Positions 1-12,107 of a stretch of 64,000 bases of DNA are shown here, piece after piece. Both the position numbers and the translations under genes were made by a program. The notes below the pieces were generated by a model. That model was not told the DNA's origin and did no database searches. It saw only the letters and a list, made by a program, of their open reading frames with translations. This stretch comes from Malacoraja senta (Eukaryota), in NCBI GenBank assembly GCA_038087875.1, contig CM075990.1, positions 15,562,001-15,626,000 of the forward strand, given 5' to 3'. Each line of letters opens with the position of its first letter. Position 1 is the stretch's first letter.

Positions 1-1332
1 GATAGTCTGAAGAAGGGTCTCGACCTGAAGCATCACCCGTTCCTTCTCTCCAGAGATGTTGCCTGTCCCACTGAGTGACTCCTGCTTTTTGTGTCTATCT
101 TCAGTTTAAAGCAGCATCCACAGTTCCTTCCTACACATTCCCTTATCGTGTATCTATACACTGTAATTGGATCGATTGTAATCATGTATTGTGTTTCTGC
201 TGACTGGTTAGCACGCAACAAAAAGCTTTTCAGAGTACCTCGGTACACGTGACAATAAACTAAACTGAGCTGAGGAGCAAGGGTCCCACTGTGGCTGCAG
301 AGTTAAGACAGTGGGGACACAATCCCAGATCGATTAGGACTGACATAAGGAGAGAATGTGAACTGTCTGGATCAGGGACGTGAGATGCAGAGTTGCTGAT
401 TAAATTCAAACTGAATCCAACAAAAGAGACCAGGAGCTGTGAATTTACATTGACTGCAGTTGGATAGTCCTTCAGGCCACATGGTAAATCTGTAGGATGA
501 TGCTGGAGTTAGACAGACTAGAACAGCAAGGAAGGTGTGGGGATAGTGGACTGTCTGAAGAAGGAGTCTGAAGAGGGGTCTCGACCCCAAATATCACCCA
601 TTCCTTCTCTCCAGAGATGCTGCCTGTCCCGCTGAGTTACTCCAGCATTTTGTGTCTATCTTTGAGATAGAGGACTGTCCGTTTCTGCCCAGTTCATCCC
701 TGTTAGTCCACACACTGTTTGACCAACTAAAGCGCAGCCCTGACCTACCATCTACCTCACTAAAGATCATCAGACCATCTTTAATCAATCTTTACTGGAC
801 TTTATCTTGCACTTAATGTTATTCTTTTCATCCTGTATCTTCTTCTTCATCTTCTTCTTGCAAATGAAACATAAACCAAAGGAATAGTTAGATCTCAAGC
901 TGGGTGTTGAGTAGCCAGGTTGTTGTATCTGCGTCAATGTCTGCCAGGCCCTGACACAGCTCCATTTGGTGGGTGGTAGAGCGGGCACCCAGAGATGACA
1001 TGGTTGGCTGTCTGTTGTTCTGCTCCTCATTCACAGGCTGGGCTCTGGCGGAGTCCCCATCTATCTCCACATGCTGGCATTGAAACACCCAACTCCAGTA
1101 CCAAGTCTGTTGAGCTTCACCCATGCTCCTCTGGGGAGGTCAGACCCTGGACATCTCCTGTACCTGTACACTGTGCACAGTTTGATTCCAATCATGTACA
1201 GTCTTTCCGCTGACTGGATAGCACGCTAGTGAGTAGGAAGGAACTGCAGATGCTGGTTTACACTGAAGATAAAAGCAAAATGCTGGAGTAACTCAGCGGG
1301 ACAGGCAGCATCTCTGGAGAGAAGGAATGGGT

Positions 1333-1360
1333 GACGTTTCGGATCGAGACCCTTCTTCAG
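1333..1360 (-). ncRNA. Minimal hammerhead core (KCNMA1 sense orientation)
   Basis: Minus strand CTGAAGA-A-gggt(ctcg)atcc-GAAA-C-GTC. Only 2 bp of stem I form locally. Confidence 0.55.
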
Positions 1361-1477
1361 ACTATTTAATGAGTGTTGCGATCCAAAGCAATGATTCAAG
1401 GTTTATAAATCTTGCAATTCCAGCCTGATTTGAAAAATTGAAACTATTTACAAACAGACGTGACACATATAAATGTT

Positions 1478-1673
1478 TAAGAAGGAACTGCAGATGCTGG
1501 AAAATCGAAGGTAGACAAAAATGGTGGAGAAACTCAGCAGGTGAGGCAGCATCTCTGGAGCGAAGGAAATAGGCAAAGTTTCGGGTCTGAAGAAGGGTTT
1601 CGGCCCGAAACGTTGCCTATTTCCTTCGCTCCATAGATGCTGCCTCACCCGCTGAGTTTCTTCAGCATTTTTG
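1478..1673. mobile_element. Penelope-derived palindromic (inverted pLTR) repeat containing a minimal hammerhead motif
   Basis: Inverted arms (gcagcatctctggagcgaaggaaataggcaa / ttgcctatttccttcgctccatagatgctgc) flank a CTGAAGA...GAAACGTT core. This is the same repeat family that abuts the GIY-YIG fragments at ~16 kb and ~52 kb. Confidence 0.8.
1583..1618 (+). ncRNA. Minimal type I hammerhead ribozyme motif
   Basis: gggt-CTGAAGA-A-gggt(ttcg)gccc-GAAA-C-GTT-gcct: intact catalytic core, 4-bp stem II with a UUCG loop, NUH triplet and a 4-bp stem I that includes G-U pairs. Confidence 0.7.
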
Positions 1674-2027
1674 ATACATATAAATACCTCTTCATTGATG
1701 TTATAGAAAACGCAGCAAAATTTTGTTTTTGAAACATGATCAATATTTATCTTGTATTACCCTGGTGCTATTTTGTGATGGTACACATCATCATTTCATT
1801 TTTCACCCAGGTAATATATAGCTTTATTACTTTTATTAATCATGCGTGTCGGCGTCTTTGTGTCTGCACTGTATTATGCCGAGTGTTTGAAAGTTATCAC
1901 GCATGCAAACCTGTGTTAAACAGATCTTCACAAACGAGGAACTGCAGATATTGGTTTACAAAAAAAGGTGCTGGAGTAACTCTGGGTCAGGTAGTTAGTG
2001 ATACTGTCTGACCTGCTGAGAGAGTAA

Positions 2028-2325
2028 AGGGCCTGTCCCACTTTCCCGAGTCCTCTGCCGAGTTGAAAGGACCTTGAAAAAAATCAAGACTTTTGTGATC
2101 TACGAACTCCTCCTCCCGACTATCTTTTTACTCGTGGACTTTTTTCGTCATGCTGGAAAAAACATCCCGACTTACCTGATGCCCCGAGTACCTACGGCTG
2201 GCATAACGAACCGCTACGATATATCTACGGCCTCCTACAGACTCGCTACGGACATTCTTCGAGTTTGAATCAAGGGGAAAACTCGGGAGAATTCGTGAGT
2301 AACTCGGGAAAGTGGGACAGGTCCT
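2028..2325. mobile_element. PIF/Harbinger-like MITE inserted in a Penelope-derived repeat
   Basis: TIRs AGGGCCTGTCCCACTTTCCCGAG / CTCGGGAAAGTGGGACAGGTCCT; flanks TAA and TAG; CpG-rich interior. Confidence 0.8.
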
Positions 2326-2399
2326 TAGCTCCAGCATTTTGTGTCTAACACAGACCTGCTTTTTTTATTCGATGACAGAATGATAATTTGTATCTCTTA

Positions 2400-2543
<144 letters not shown>

Positions 2544-3814
2544 TCAGACCTCGACTAACCACTGGGTTCGGCTGTGAATTACAATCATTAAACGGTCAGA
2601 ACAGGGCTAACCTTTTGCTGGGGGAGATATAGATCTGGAGAATAAGGGAACACACAATTCAACAAAAACACCGCTCAATAAACTCTCTGGACCTTAATTA
2701 AATAAAAGATGCCTTCTGTCAAGATATTTTAATTAAGTAAAGGATGCAACCTGACAATGTATTTTCAGGAAACATTCAGGTTGTAAGCATTTGATTTGAG
2801 TGTGAATCTACATAACCAAGATGTACACTTAAAGGTGCCTTTGCAGGCAAGCTCAGCTTGAGTAGAAAATACCATTGATACAGCACGCTGTTTGAATATC
2901 TTAATTCAATAGCAGTGAAAACAGTAAAATACAACTAGGCATAGTGTGGATTTCCCAGTAATCAATCCTTGCCTTGGCAAATGATTCAAACATTTACAAT
3001 GGCCCTGTGTGGTAATTCAGACAGTCACCAGCCTTACACTGATTCCTACCATTCCATTGCAGCAAGAGTTGGTGAAACTCTTCCCCAATTAATATTAATT
3101 CCTACAGGTCTGAAAGGGTGAGAAGCAGATACAAAAATGTATAGCTTGGTTGTACTCATGTACACTTGGATTTGACTCGATAGCGTACAAAGTATTTCAC
3201 TATATATTGCCACATGTGACAATAATAATCCAATACAATTCTCAATACCAACCAATGTCTGGTTTCCATATTGTGGGACATTGAAATCTTTGGAAGACTT
3301 TGGTATTTTGGAATTCCAATACCTTTGGAATCTTTTGATACTATGAATACATTTGGACAAGACAATCCAAAGATATTTGGACAGGTACATGGATAAGAAA
3401 ATTTCAGGAATATATGGGCCAAACATGGGCAGGTGGGACTAGCATGGGGCATCTATGGCCAAGTTGGGCCGAAGGGCCTGTTTATGCTGTGTAACTCTCT
3501 GACTGTTCTATCCGACTGTAGTTTTACTTTTTTAGAATAGTTTCTCGACCTACCGTGTAACTTTCAATAAACTTTGCACATTTGTCCCAGATGGCTTTTC
3601 CTTGCAGCCATTTTAAAATTGAACTCTTCAGCTTACATTGCCTTTTCTCTTGCTTCTAAAACGTAACACCCACACTGACTTGCCAATTATCAACCATGCT
3701 TCATTTGATAGAATCCTAATCGCGAGTCATCAAAAGATCACCTTTAAAGGCAGTTGCGGGAAAGTGAAAGGAGAGGAATTTGAACGAGCTCATGTTAATG
3801 AAGAGTTGGATGGA

Positions 3815-4346
3815 GCGCCAACACCAACGCTCAAAATGTGGATTTAAAATATGTCGGAAACGGCATATTTTGAAGAAATGCGACTCCTTCTAGCAGGTAA
3901 AGTAGGCCAATTCTTATTGATTTGGTCTCCCTTTATCGACTTCTTACAAGCATATGGTGCAACACAACCATAGAAATAAAATGGTTCAGAATCAGGTGAC
4001 GGGTGGCCAGGAACATTAATTAGATATATCGTTTTCAATCTCCTTTTTCCCTTTTTTTTTTTTTTTCCTTCTTCTCTATTTCGTCTCTTTCTCTTTCTAC
4101 TTCTTCTTCTCTGTACTTTCTTCTCTCGGGCTATCTTTCTTTCACGCAACACTCTATATCAATCTCTTCTTTTCTCCCTTTCTCCCTTACTCTTGCCTTA
4201 TTATTAATTACAAATAAGAAGTTGTATATGAAATGGACGTGAAATGCATATGAAAGGTAATATGTCAACAAGTATTAGGTACTGTGGTGCCACATTATTG
4301 TACTTACTTCTAACAAAAATAATTTTTAAAAAAAAGAAAGAAAAAA
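3815..4346 (+). mobile_element. 5'-truncated L1/Tx1-clade LINE 3' end
   Basis: PTLKMWI...WSPF ORF2 C-terminus, T-rich 3' UTR, A-rich tail and a 14-bp TSD aagagttggatgga (3801-3814, 4347-4360). Confidence 0.85.
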
Positions 4347-5059
4347 AAGAGTTGGATGGAATTGGAGGCTCACAAGTTGCAACCTACAGTAACTGAATCC
4401 TGCAATCAAATTAGAAAGGCTGCCACCTAAATAAATGAGATAGAAGCGGGTTCATTTCAGAAAGTCCTCAAGGGACAATTCTAAGAGTTTTTGTTGATTA
4501 TGTTAAGACAGGGGAGGGTGAGAAGGCCAATTATGTTTATCTGCTGCTTCTACAGTTCTTCAAAGGATTAAATACCTCCGCAGCGCAGTGCTCACAGACA
4601 TCGGTAATATAATCAATTCTGTCCTAATTGCTTTCAGAAAACAGAGGTTATAACTAAACAGGTAGGGAAAACCGCCCAGTCTCCATCTCTCAGAAGATGA
4701 ACGCTGGTCGAACACAAAAACACTAAATCCCTTAATTCATGTTTTGCAAGAATAGGTCAGGTAATTCATTGTTTTGTTCAGAAGACAGGAAGGGCAGACA
4801 ATGTGGCCAAGAATGATCACACAAGACAATGTCAAGCCTGCTGATTGAACTCGAGAGGAGTGCAGGAACCATTACCTCTCAAGGATGGCTTGCAACAAAA
4901 GAGAGGTATGTGATCAAAAAGAACAAAGGTTTACGTGGTCTCTCACTTTCCGTCGTGAGAATGTGGAAGGGGAGCCACATAAAAACACAAGACGGAACAA
5001 GAGAAATTGAAAAACGAATAGTTGCAACAATGGTTAGACTTCTGTGCAGCACGACAGAT

Positions 5060-5618
5060 CGCAGGGTTTTTGATAAGCTTGTTCAACGTTAGCACAACGG
5101 AGCATTGCGTGCAGTTTTGGTCACCCAACTACAGGAAGGATGTGGAGGCTTTGTGGAAATGGTGTGGTAACGGTTTACCCAAGTGATGCCTGGAATATTA
5201 ACTACAGAGAGGGGTTGGATAGACTTGGGTTGCTTTCCCTAGAACACCAGAGGTTGCGGGGAGACCTGATAGAAGTTGATGAATTATGAAAAACATGGAT
5301 CGGTGGACAGCCAGAGTTTTTGTTGCAGGATGGAAAAGTCAAATACTAGAGGGCATTGCTTTAAGGTGAGAGGGGCAAAGTTGAAAGGAGATGTGTGGGG
5401 TAACTTTTTTACCTGAGGGTGGTGCGTGCCTTGAATGCGCTGGCAGGTCTGGTGGTTGAGACAGATGTGACAGAGGCATTGGAGCGTTTTGGATAGACAT
5501 ATGCATATGCAGCGAGCAGAAGGTATATAGTTTATGTAAAGGCAAATAAGAGATAACATTATGTTAAGCACTGACATTGTGGGCAGAAGGGCCTTTTGTT
5601 GTGCTGTACTGTTCTATG
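5060..5618 (+). mobile_element. Degraded CR1 (HER1-like) LINE 3' fragment
   Basis: Matches the RT C-terminus (VQFWSP..RKD..) and the tail gggc.gaagggcc..gtgctgtactgttctatg seen in other copies. Confidence 0.75.
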
Positions 5619-6332
5619 AGATCTTAGCAACTGATGTTGAGAATTTGGTAAAAATGTGGTAGTAGAAACATTGTGGAATTAAACAAAAAATGTTTTAAAG
5701 GACTTTAAATCCAGTGGTCTGATTACAGAGACATGTAGAACAAATAGCTGCTATTAACAGGGGGGCAGCATATGAATATAGAGAGGGCATTAACCAGTGG
5801 AACATCAAGTCTCTTGGGAAAATGACAAGTTGCAAACTACAACTATTTGTTGCCCCAATATTCAATTATTTTTAAATTTTTACAGATATATGAATACATG
5901 AATCAAATACCTAGCAGAGTATTCAGAGTCTTGGAATCATTCACAGAATCTCGATCAAAGGCAATGGGAGGCAAGAGAGAAGCCATATTCCCAGTAAAAT
6001 TTTAATGTCAGAAACCTGAGATTGCTCACATCCCGACACAAACTTTGTTCACACAGAGTTGCCTTCCAGTTACCTACAGTTTTAATCCTTTAACAAACAA
6101 ATGCTTCACTATCGTCTTATATCGTTACTAACATTTGAGGCAAGTCCTGGATTTAATTGCACTAAAGGGGCACTGGACAAATCTGGTCACTTTGGGGTGA
6201 ATCTTGAGGCGGCTCTGGTGAAATTGTGTCAGCTTCTGAAGAGCTGGAGCAAGACCTTTAGAGGATAGACAGAAAGTGCTGGAGTAACTCAGTGGGTCAG
6301 GCAGCGGGTCAGTCTGGGGGAAAAGAACAGTT

Positions 6333-6360
6333 GACGTTTCGGGTCGGAACCCTTCCTCAG
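6333..6360 (-). ncRNA. Minimal hammerhead core (KCNMA1 sense orientation)
   Basis: Minus strand CTGAGGA-A-gggt(tccg)accc-GAAA-C-GTC inside a Penelope-derived repeat (6263-6363). Stem I is weak. Confidence 0.55.
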
Positions 6361-6435
6361 ACTTTAGAAATTAAGTAAAAAAACAAAAAAGAGAATACGA
6401 TTGCATGACTACCAAATGGACACAACTGCACGACT

Positions 6436-6708
6436 CAGGGTGAGTCTTTCAGGATGAGTCTGATTTCAGGGTGGGTCTGATTTCAGGGTGTCTGATTTCA
6501 GGGTGAGTCTGTTTCAGGGTGGGTCTGATTTCAGGGTGGGTCTGATTTCAGGGTGTCTGATTTCAGGGTGGATCTGATTTCAGGCTGGGTCTTATTTCAG
6601 GCTGGGTCTGATTTCAGGGTGGGTCTGATTTCAGGGTGTCTGATTTCAGGGTGAGTCTGTTTCAGGGTGGGTCTGATTTCAGGGTGGGTCTGATTTCAGG
6701 GTGGGTGG
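6436..6708 (+). repeat. ~17-bp G-rich minisatellite (TCTGATTTCAGGGTGGG)n
   Basis: About 16 tandem units, including shorter variants, are directly visible. Confidence 0.95.
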
Positions 6709-8405
6709 GTGTTTGAGGGAGGGAAGGAGACTGAGATGGGCCTGGTACTCCAGACTGAAGTGAGCTTACCCCAGTAGAACACAAGCTGATAGCAAGAAGC
6801 CAGAGAGCTCTCTTGTTCTTCCTTGTCTGCATTATGCCCGTGGTTGGCCCGGATGCGATACCCATTCTGGAAGAGGTCTCCCAGGGACTTCTTGCGTCGC
6901 CTGGTGCTCTGGACAGTCTCGCTGCAAGTGCCGCCATTCGGTGCACGGTAGACTAAGATTTTGCTTGGAATCATGGTTTCCGAAGTTGACGGCTTATCTC
7001 ATCCCTGGTCTTCTTGCAAGTCCCTCAACATTTCAAAGCAAGCACGATTATTGCTGCAGAGTCCCTTTACTGTTTGGATTCAACGTTCTCCTCCAGTGAT
7101 CGCCTCAAGGCTCCCAACTTCACTGCATCTCAGCAACAAAGCAGTTCTTGTAAAGAAGACTTGGCATTTCTGTCGCACCTTTTCACAACCTGTGCGCATC
7201 CCAAAGTGCTTGGCAGCCGGTGACGCGATCTTGAAGTGCGATTGTTATTTGGAGATATATCCTGTGTTTCTGATCATGAGACGAGCAGCAATTCTGCCCA
7301 CTGCGCTGAGGGTCGGTTGCCAAAGTGTCGACCAGGATTCACGACGGTGGGAAATGAACAGAAGCGTTTGATGCAGTGACCTCCCACTCACAGCTTGATC
7401 CACGGCGGCTCAAAGCCTCGTGCAGCATTTTCTATCAGGATATTACCACGTAAGCTCCTTTGTTATTTGCCTGGGAGAATCAGCCTTTGGCTGCCAAGAG
7501 CAGGCTCGCTGTCTGTGGCGAAAGCAATTGCCATGGCCAGCGTGCGGAGTCTCCTCCTTGCTACGTTGCTCTATTCACAGGTTCTGTCTGGTCCCGTTTC
7601 CAGCAGACAGACCCCTACGATCAACCAAGGCACAACCCCCCCCCCCCCCCCCTCATACACAGGCTAACTGGTGCAATCGTCCACCCCCTCTGGGATTAAG
7701 CAGAGCCGAAATGAAAAAATAATAATCCTAACTTAATCACAAGTCCACAGCACTGATGTTGTGCTCCACTTTCTTGGGAAATTGCCTGAAGGCTTGTGAT
7801 AGAACGTAGATAATGAAAGCTTTATTCAACTGAAGTCTTGCAAACAGTTGTCAAATTTAACTTAGAGAGTGGCATCGCTCTTGTGCAATACGTAATTTGT
7901 GTATTAAACATCAATGAGCTCAATAGGGTCTTGAAGAAAATATAACGATAAAACAAACTGATTGCTTGGAAAACCACTCAGCTTTCTCTGACACTGCTCC
8001 ACGCAGTTCTACAGACTATAGTTTCTATGGAAGGCAATTAACTAGAAAGTCAGCGATAACACTCTGCTGAATCAAAGCAGACAAGAGGCAATGGACTACA
8101 CTTGGATTAAAAGCTGCCATGAGGGAAGAAAGTTGATGCGAATTGTAACTGAAGAGATATCAGTCATTTATTTAGGTAGAGGACCCAATATTATTCACTT
8201 GTATAAGAAGCTGCAATCGTAGAATTTCATTGTTGGAATTCCAAAATATCCTGCTCATCCATCAAATGCCATTCATGAATTGACTAGCCCATACAATAAA
8301 TGCTTCTCGGGGAACAACCCAGGGCTCAGTGTCAAGTCAAGTCAAGTCAAGTGAGTTCAAGCGGTGTGTTGGCTAATACACGCCAAGTTCCAGGAGCATG
8401 TGAAA

Positions 8406-8712
8406 GTTTAGTTTAGTTTAGTTTAGAGATACAGCGCAGAAACAGGCCCTTCGGCCCACCGGGTCCGCGCCGACCAGCGATCCCCGCACATTAACACTAT
8501 CCTACACCCACTAGGGACAATTTTAACATTAACCTATAAACATGTACATCTTTGGAATGTGGGAGGAAACTGAAGATCTCGGAGAAAACCCACGCACATC
8601 AGGGGGAGAAGGTACAAACTCCATACAGACAGCACCCGTAGTCAGGATCGAACCCGGGTCTCCGGCGCTGCATTCGCTGAAAGGCAGCAACTCTACCACT
8701 GCACCACCGTGA
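8406..8712 (-). mobile_element. HE1-like tRNA-derived V-domain SINE, full length
   Basis: On the minus strand: A box (ggtgcagtggtaga), B box (ggttcgatcc), V-domain (ggtttcctcccaca.tccaaag), CR1-like tail and (ctaaa)n end. Confidence 0.85.
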
Positions 8713-9590
8713 CTGCCCGAGATCCATATAAAAGATTAGTCAAGTCACAGTAGGAGAAATACCCAGTTTACACATTACAGATGCTGCTCGACCTGCTATG
8801 TTCCTCCAGCAGATTATAAACAAGGAGATGTTGGTTTACAAAAAAGAAACAAAATGCTGATGTAACTCAGTGGGTCAGGCAGTATCTCTGGAGTATATGC
8901 ATATGTGATGTTTCATCTGAAGAAGGGTCCAGAGCCAAAACGTCACCTATCCATGATCTCCAGGGATGATGCCTGACCCGCCGAGTTACTCCAGCACTTT
9001 GTTTCTTTTATTCCTCCAGCTGATTGTTTGGTGCTCCAGATAGCAACACCTGCAGTCTTGTGTATCTGCCTCAAGATCTAGTCACTACACAGCAAGAAGG
9101 CAGTGAGCACCACAGAAAGCATCTTGGAGAAACATCGCAATTTGCTGCAATGCAAACTCACATCATCAGCACATGCGTGAAGAAATGTGAGCTGAAATAG
9201 AATGCTTGTTTATTTCGCTGGCACAAGGAACTGCAGATATTGGTTTACCCAAAGGGACACAAACTGCTGGAGGACCTCAACGGGTAAGGCAGCATTTCTG
9301 TAGTAACAAGGATAGGTGATGTTTCGGCTGCAGACCCTTCTTCAGACCCTGTGTCCTTTATTTATTTGTGATATATATATATATGTATATCTATATTACT
9401 AAAAGTACGATCTTGACCACTTCCTGTTGTTCTGTATATTGATTTTAGAAACAACGCTGCCACTTACGGCTGTGATTTTTTGCCATCTTACTCAGAGTCC
9501 TCCTCCGCTGCGCAGGACAAGAGGATTTTTTCCATCGATGAAAAATAAAAGTTATTAGTGGTTAAAAAATGTTGAGATTTTCTCTCCTGA

Positions 9591-9662
9591 AGGCCACGCC
9601 CCTTCCGGAGAGACTATAAAACCCAGAGGTGTTGAGTGCCTCAGTCAGTCTCTACAAGATGG
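9591..9662 (+). promoter_or_regulatory. Candidate Pol II core promoter, Helitron copy 1
   Basis: GCCACGCCCC (Sp/KLF), CTTCCGG (ETS), TATAAAA at 9615, TCAGTC Inr with its A at 9643 or 9647, then CAAGATGG. Confidence 0.45.
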
Positions 9663-9780
9663 GGGGAGCGAGAGGGTCACGTCTCTCAGTCTGAGCTGTG
9701 AATAACACTGAACACATGTCTATTAAACTGTGAGTGGTTTTACTGACCTGTCAGTGCCCTTAATGTGGTTTGAAAATATA

Positions 9781-10040
9781 GTTTGGAAATGCTAAAGCTG
9801 TGTTGCCTTTGGTTTGGAAATGCTAAAGCTGTGTTGCCCCTGGTTTGGAAATGCTAAAGCTGTGTTGCCTAATTAAAGTTACCGTGACTTATTAAAGTTG
9901 CCTTGCCTAATTAAAGTTGACCTGCCTAATTATAGTTGCCTTACCAAATTAAAGTTGCCTTACCTAATTAAAGTTGCATTGCCTAATTAAAGTTGCCTTG
10001 CCTAATTAAAGTTGCCTTGCCTAATTAAAGTTGCTTTGCC
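9781..10040 (+). repeat. Two adjacent minisatellites inside the Helitron (31-bp x3; 19-bp x~9)
   Basis: GTTTGGAAATGCTAAAGCTGTGTTGCC units followed by CCTAATTAAAGTTGCCTTG units. Confidence 0.95.
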
Positions 10041-10260
10041 TTCTATATAATTTGAAGTCTAATCTTGACCACTTCCTGTTTGTGCTTTCTATTGATTTTA
10101 GAAAAAACGCTACCATGTACGGCTGTGATTTTTGGCCATCTTACTCAGAGTCCCCCTCCGCTCATCAGGTGCCGAGGATTGTTCCCATCGATGAAAAAGA
10201 AAAGAGTTATTAGTGTTAAAAAAATGTTGAGATTCTCTCTCCTGTCAATCATGCCATGAA

Positions 10261-10340
10261 GGCCATGCCCCTTCTGGTGGGAGGGGCGGAGGGACTATAA
10301 AACCCAGAAATGTGGGTGTGGCTCAGTCTCTGCAAGATGG
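10261..10340 (+). promoter_or_regulatory. Candidate Pol II core promoter, Helitron copy 2
   Basis: GGGGCGGAG GC box, TATAAAA at 10296, TCAGTC Inr with its A at 10325 (29 nt downstream of the TATA T), then CAAGATGG. Confidence 0.5.
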
Positions 10341-10989
10341 AGGAGGGAGAGGTCATGACTCGCTGTCTTTAGTGGCCTAGCACCCGGCTTGAAATGGTAT
10401 GACACTGCACTTGAATTTGGTGGCCTTGCATCCTGCTTGAAATGGAATTTCAAGGAATAGCCGTGAGTCAACTGCCAGCCCACCAGCCGTGAGTGAGTGA
10501 GCTGCCAGCACAACAGGCTTGTGTGACTGAGCCGCCAGCCCAAGAATCCATTCGGCCCACAATGTCCATACTAGCCCTCTGGAAACCAGTCCCTTCAGCC
10601 CACAACACCCATACTAGCGCTCCAGAAAGCCCGCCCCCCCCCCCACCCACTGGCCACAATATTGGAATTGGTGGAGAGATGGAATATTGCGTTGGGGGGC
10701 CAGCCCTCCCGTGTGATGCTGGGACCCAACGGGTCCCGCTTAGTCTAGTATAATATATATATTCTAGTAAAATATATATATATAAATATATATATATCAT
10801 ATATAAATAAATACACATTATATATATAAATAAATAAATATTTTATGTTTATTTATATGTGTGTGTGTGTATATATATATATATATACCATGAGAAATAT
10901 TTTTTATTTTGGTAGTGATGTGTAAATTCTGTAAGGGAGAACTCCCAATACCCAACTTGCTGTAATGCGAGGTTGCATGAGCACTTAGA

Positions 10990-11325
10990 GTAAAGAACAT
11001 AGGACAGTACAGCACAGGAACAGGCCCTTCGGCCCACAAAGACCATGCCAAACCTGATGCCAAGTCAAACTAATCTCCTCTGCCTGCATATGATCCACAT
11101 CCCTCTTAAATGCCCCAATCATATCTGCATCCACCATCACCCTTGGCAGCATGTTCCAGGTGCCTTTTGCTGTCTGTGTAAAAAAACACTTGCCCCAAAG
11201 ATCTTTTTCAACTTTGCCCCTCTCACCTCATACCCATGCTCTCTTTAGTCTTTGACATTTCCACCCTGGGAAAAAGATTCTGACTGTCTACCCGAACGAT
11301 GTCTCTCATAATTGTATATACTTTT
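10990..11325 (-). mobile_element. CR1 LINE 3' fragment
   Basis: Tail agaacatagg.cagtacagcacaggaacaggcccttcggcccaca plus degraded RT C-terminus. Confidence 0.75.
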
Positions 11326-11689
11326 AAAATCAGGTGTTGGAAGTAGTCAGCTGATCAAGCAGCATCTATGGAGACCTGAAATATCATCTGTCCATTCCCT
11401 TCATAGATACTGCCTGACCCGCTGAGTTTCTCCACTATTTTGTGTTTTGTTCAACCAAGTAAGATCCTTCAATGAATAGCTTTATTAAGATGTCTGTTGT
11501 GTCGATTTTGTGTACTTCCAACACATGTATCATTGTTATAAAGCACACAAACTATACGTCACAAACTGCTTTCTCATTATGCTTCCCACAGATTTTCGCT
11601 GATAGTTATGAACCTTTCTCAGATAGTTAGTCTGGGCCAAACGCACTGACTGAGTCATCTCCTCCACCTTTTTGTTATTAGTTGTCACA

Positions 11690-12107
11690 GATTCTTGAGG
11701 AAGACTTGAGGGTGGTGAATCATTGCCACAGATGTTTGTGGAGGACAAGTCAATAGATTTTTTTTAAGGCAGAGATAGATAGATTATTGAATATTATGGA
11801 TGTCAGGGGTAATGGGGAGAAGGCAGGGGAATGGGGTTAAGAGGGAGAGGTAGATCAGCCATGATTGAATGGCGGAGTAGACTTAGAGTCATAGAGTGAT
11901 ACAGTGTGGAAACAGGTCCTTCGGCCCAACTTGCCTACACCGGCCAACATGTCCCAGCTACACTAGTCCCACCTGCCTGCACCTGATCCATATCCCTCCA
12001 AACCTGTCCTATCCATGTACCTGTCTAACTGTTTCTTAAATGTCAGGATAGTCCCAGCCTCAACTACCTCCTCTGGCAGCTTGTTCCATACACCCACCTC
12101 TCTTTGC
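11690..12107. mobile_element. Two tail-to-tail CR1 3' fragments
   Basis: Plus-strand gagggtggtgaatc...ggcggagtagactt abuts minus-strand tagagtcatagagtgatacagtgtggaaacagg... Confidence 0.7.

Larger units (their letters stand above)
9390..10748 (+). mobile_element. Composite non-autonomous Helitron
   Basis: a|TCTATATTACT 5' end; subterminal hairpin GGGACCC-aac-GGGTCCC (10721-10737); CTAG|t 3' end (10745-10748); inserted in a (TA)n tract with no TSD; second internal 5' end at 10042. Confidence 0.85.

Noticed and set aside
6696-6974. KILVYRA..SET motif suggesting an RTE-clade RT remnant
   Set aside because: Too short and degraded to call without a profile search.
9781-10040. CRISPR-like array (also considered for 6436-6708)
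   Set aside because: Head-to-tail tandem units with no unique spacers, in a vertebrate intron with no cas genes.
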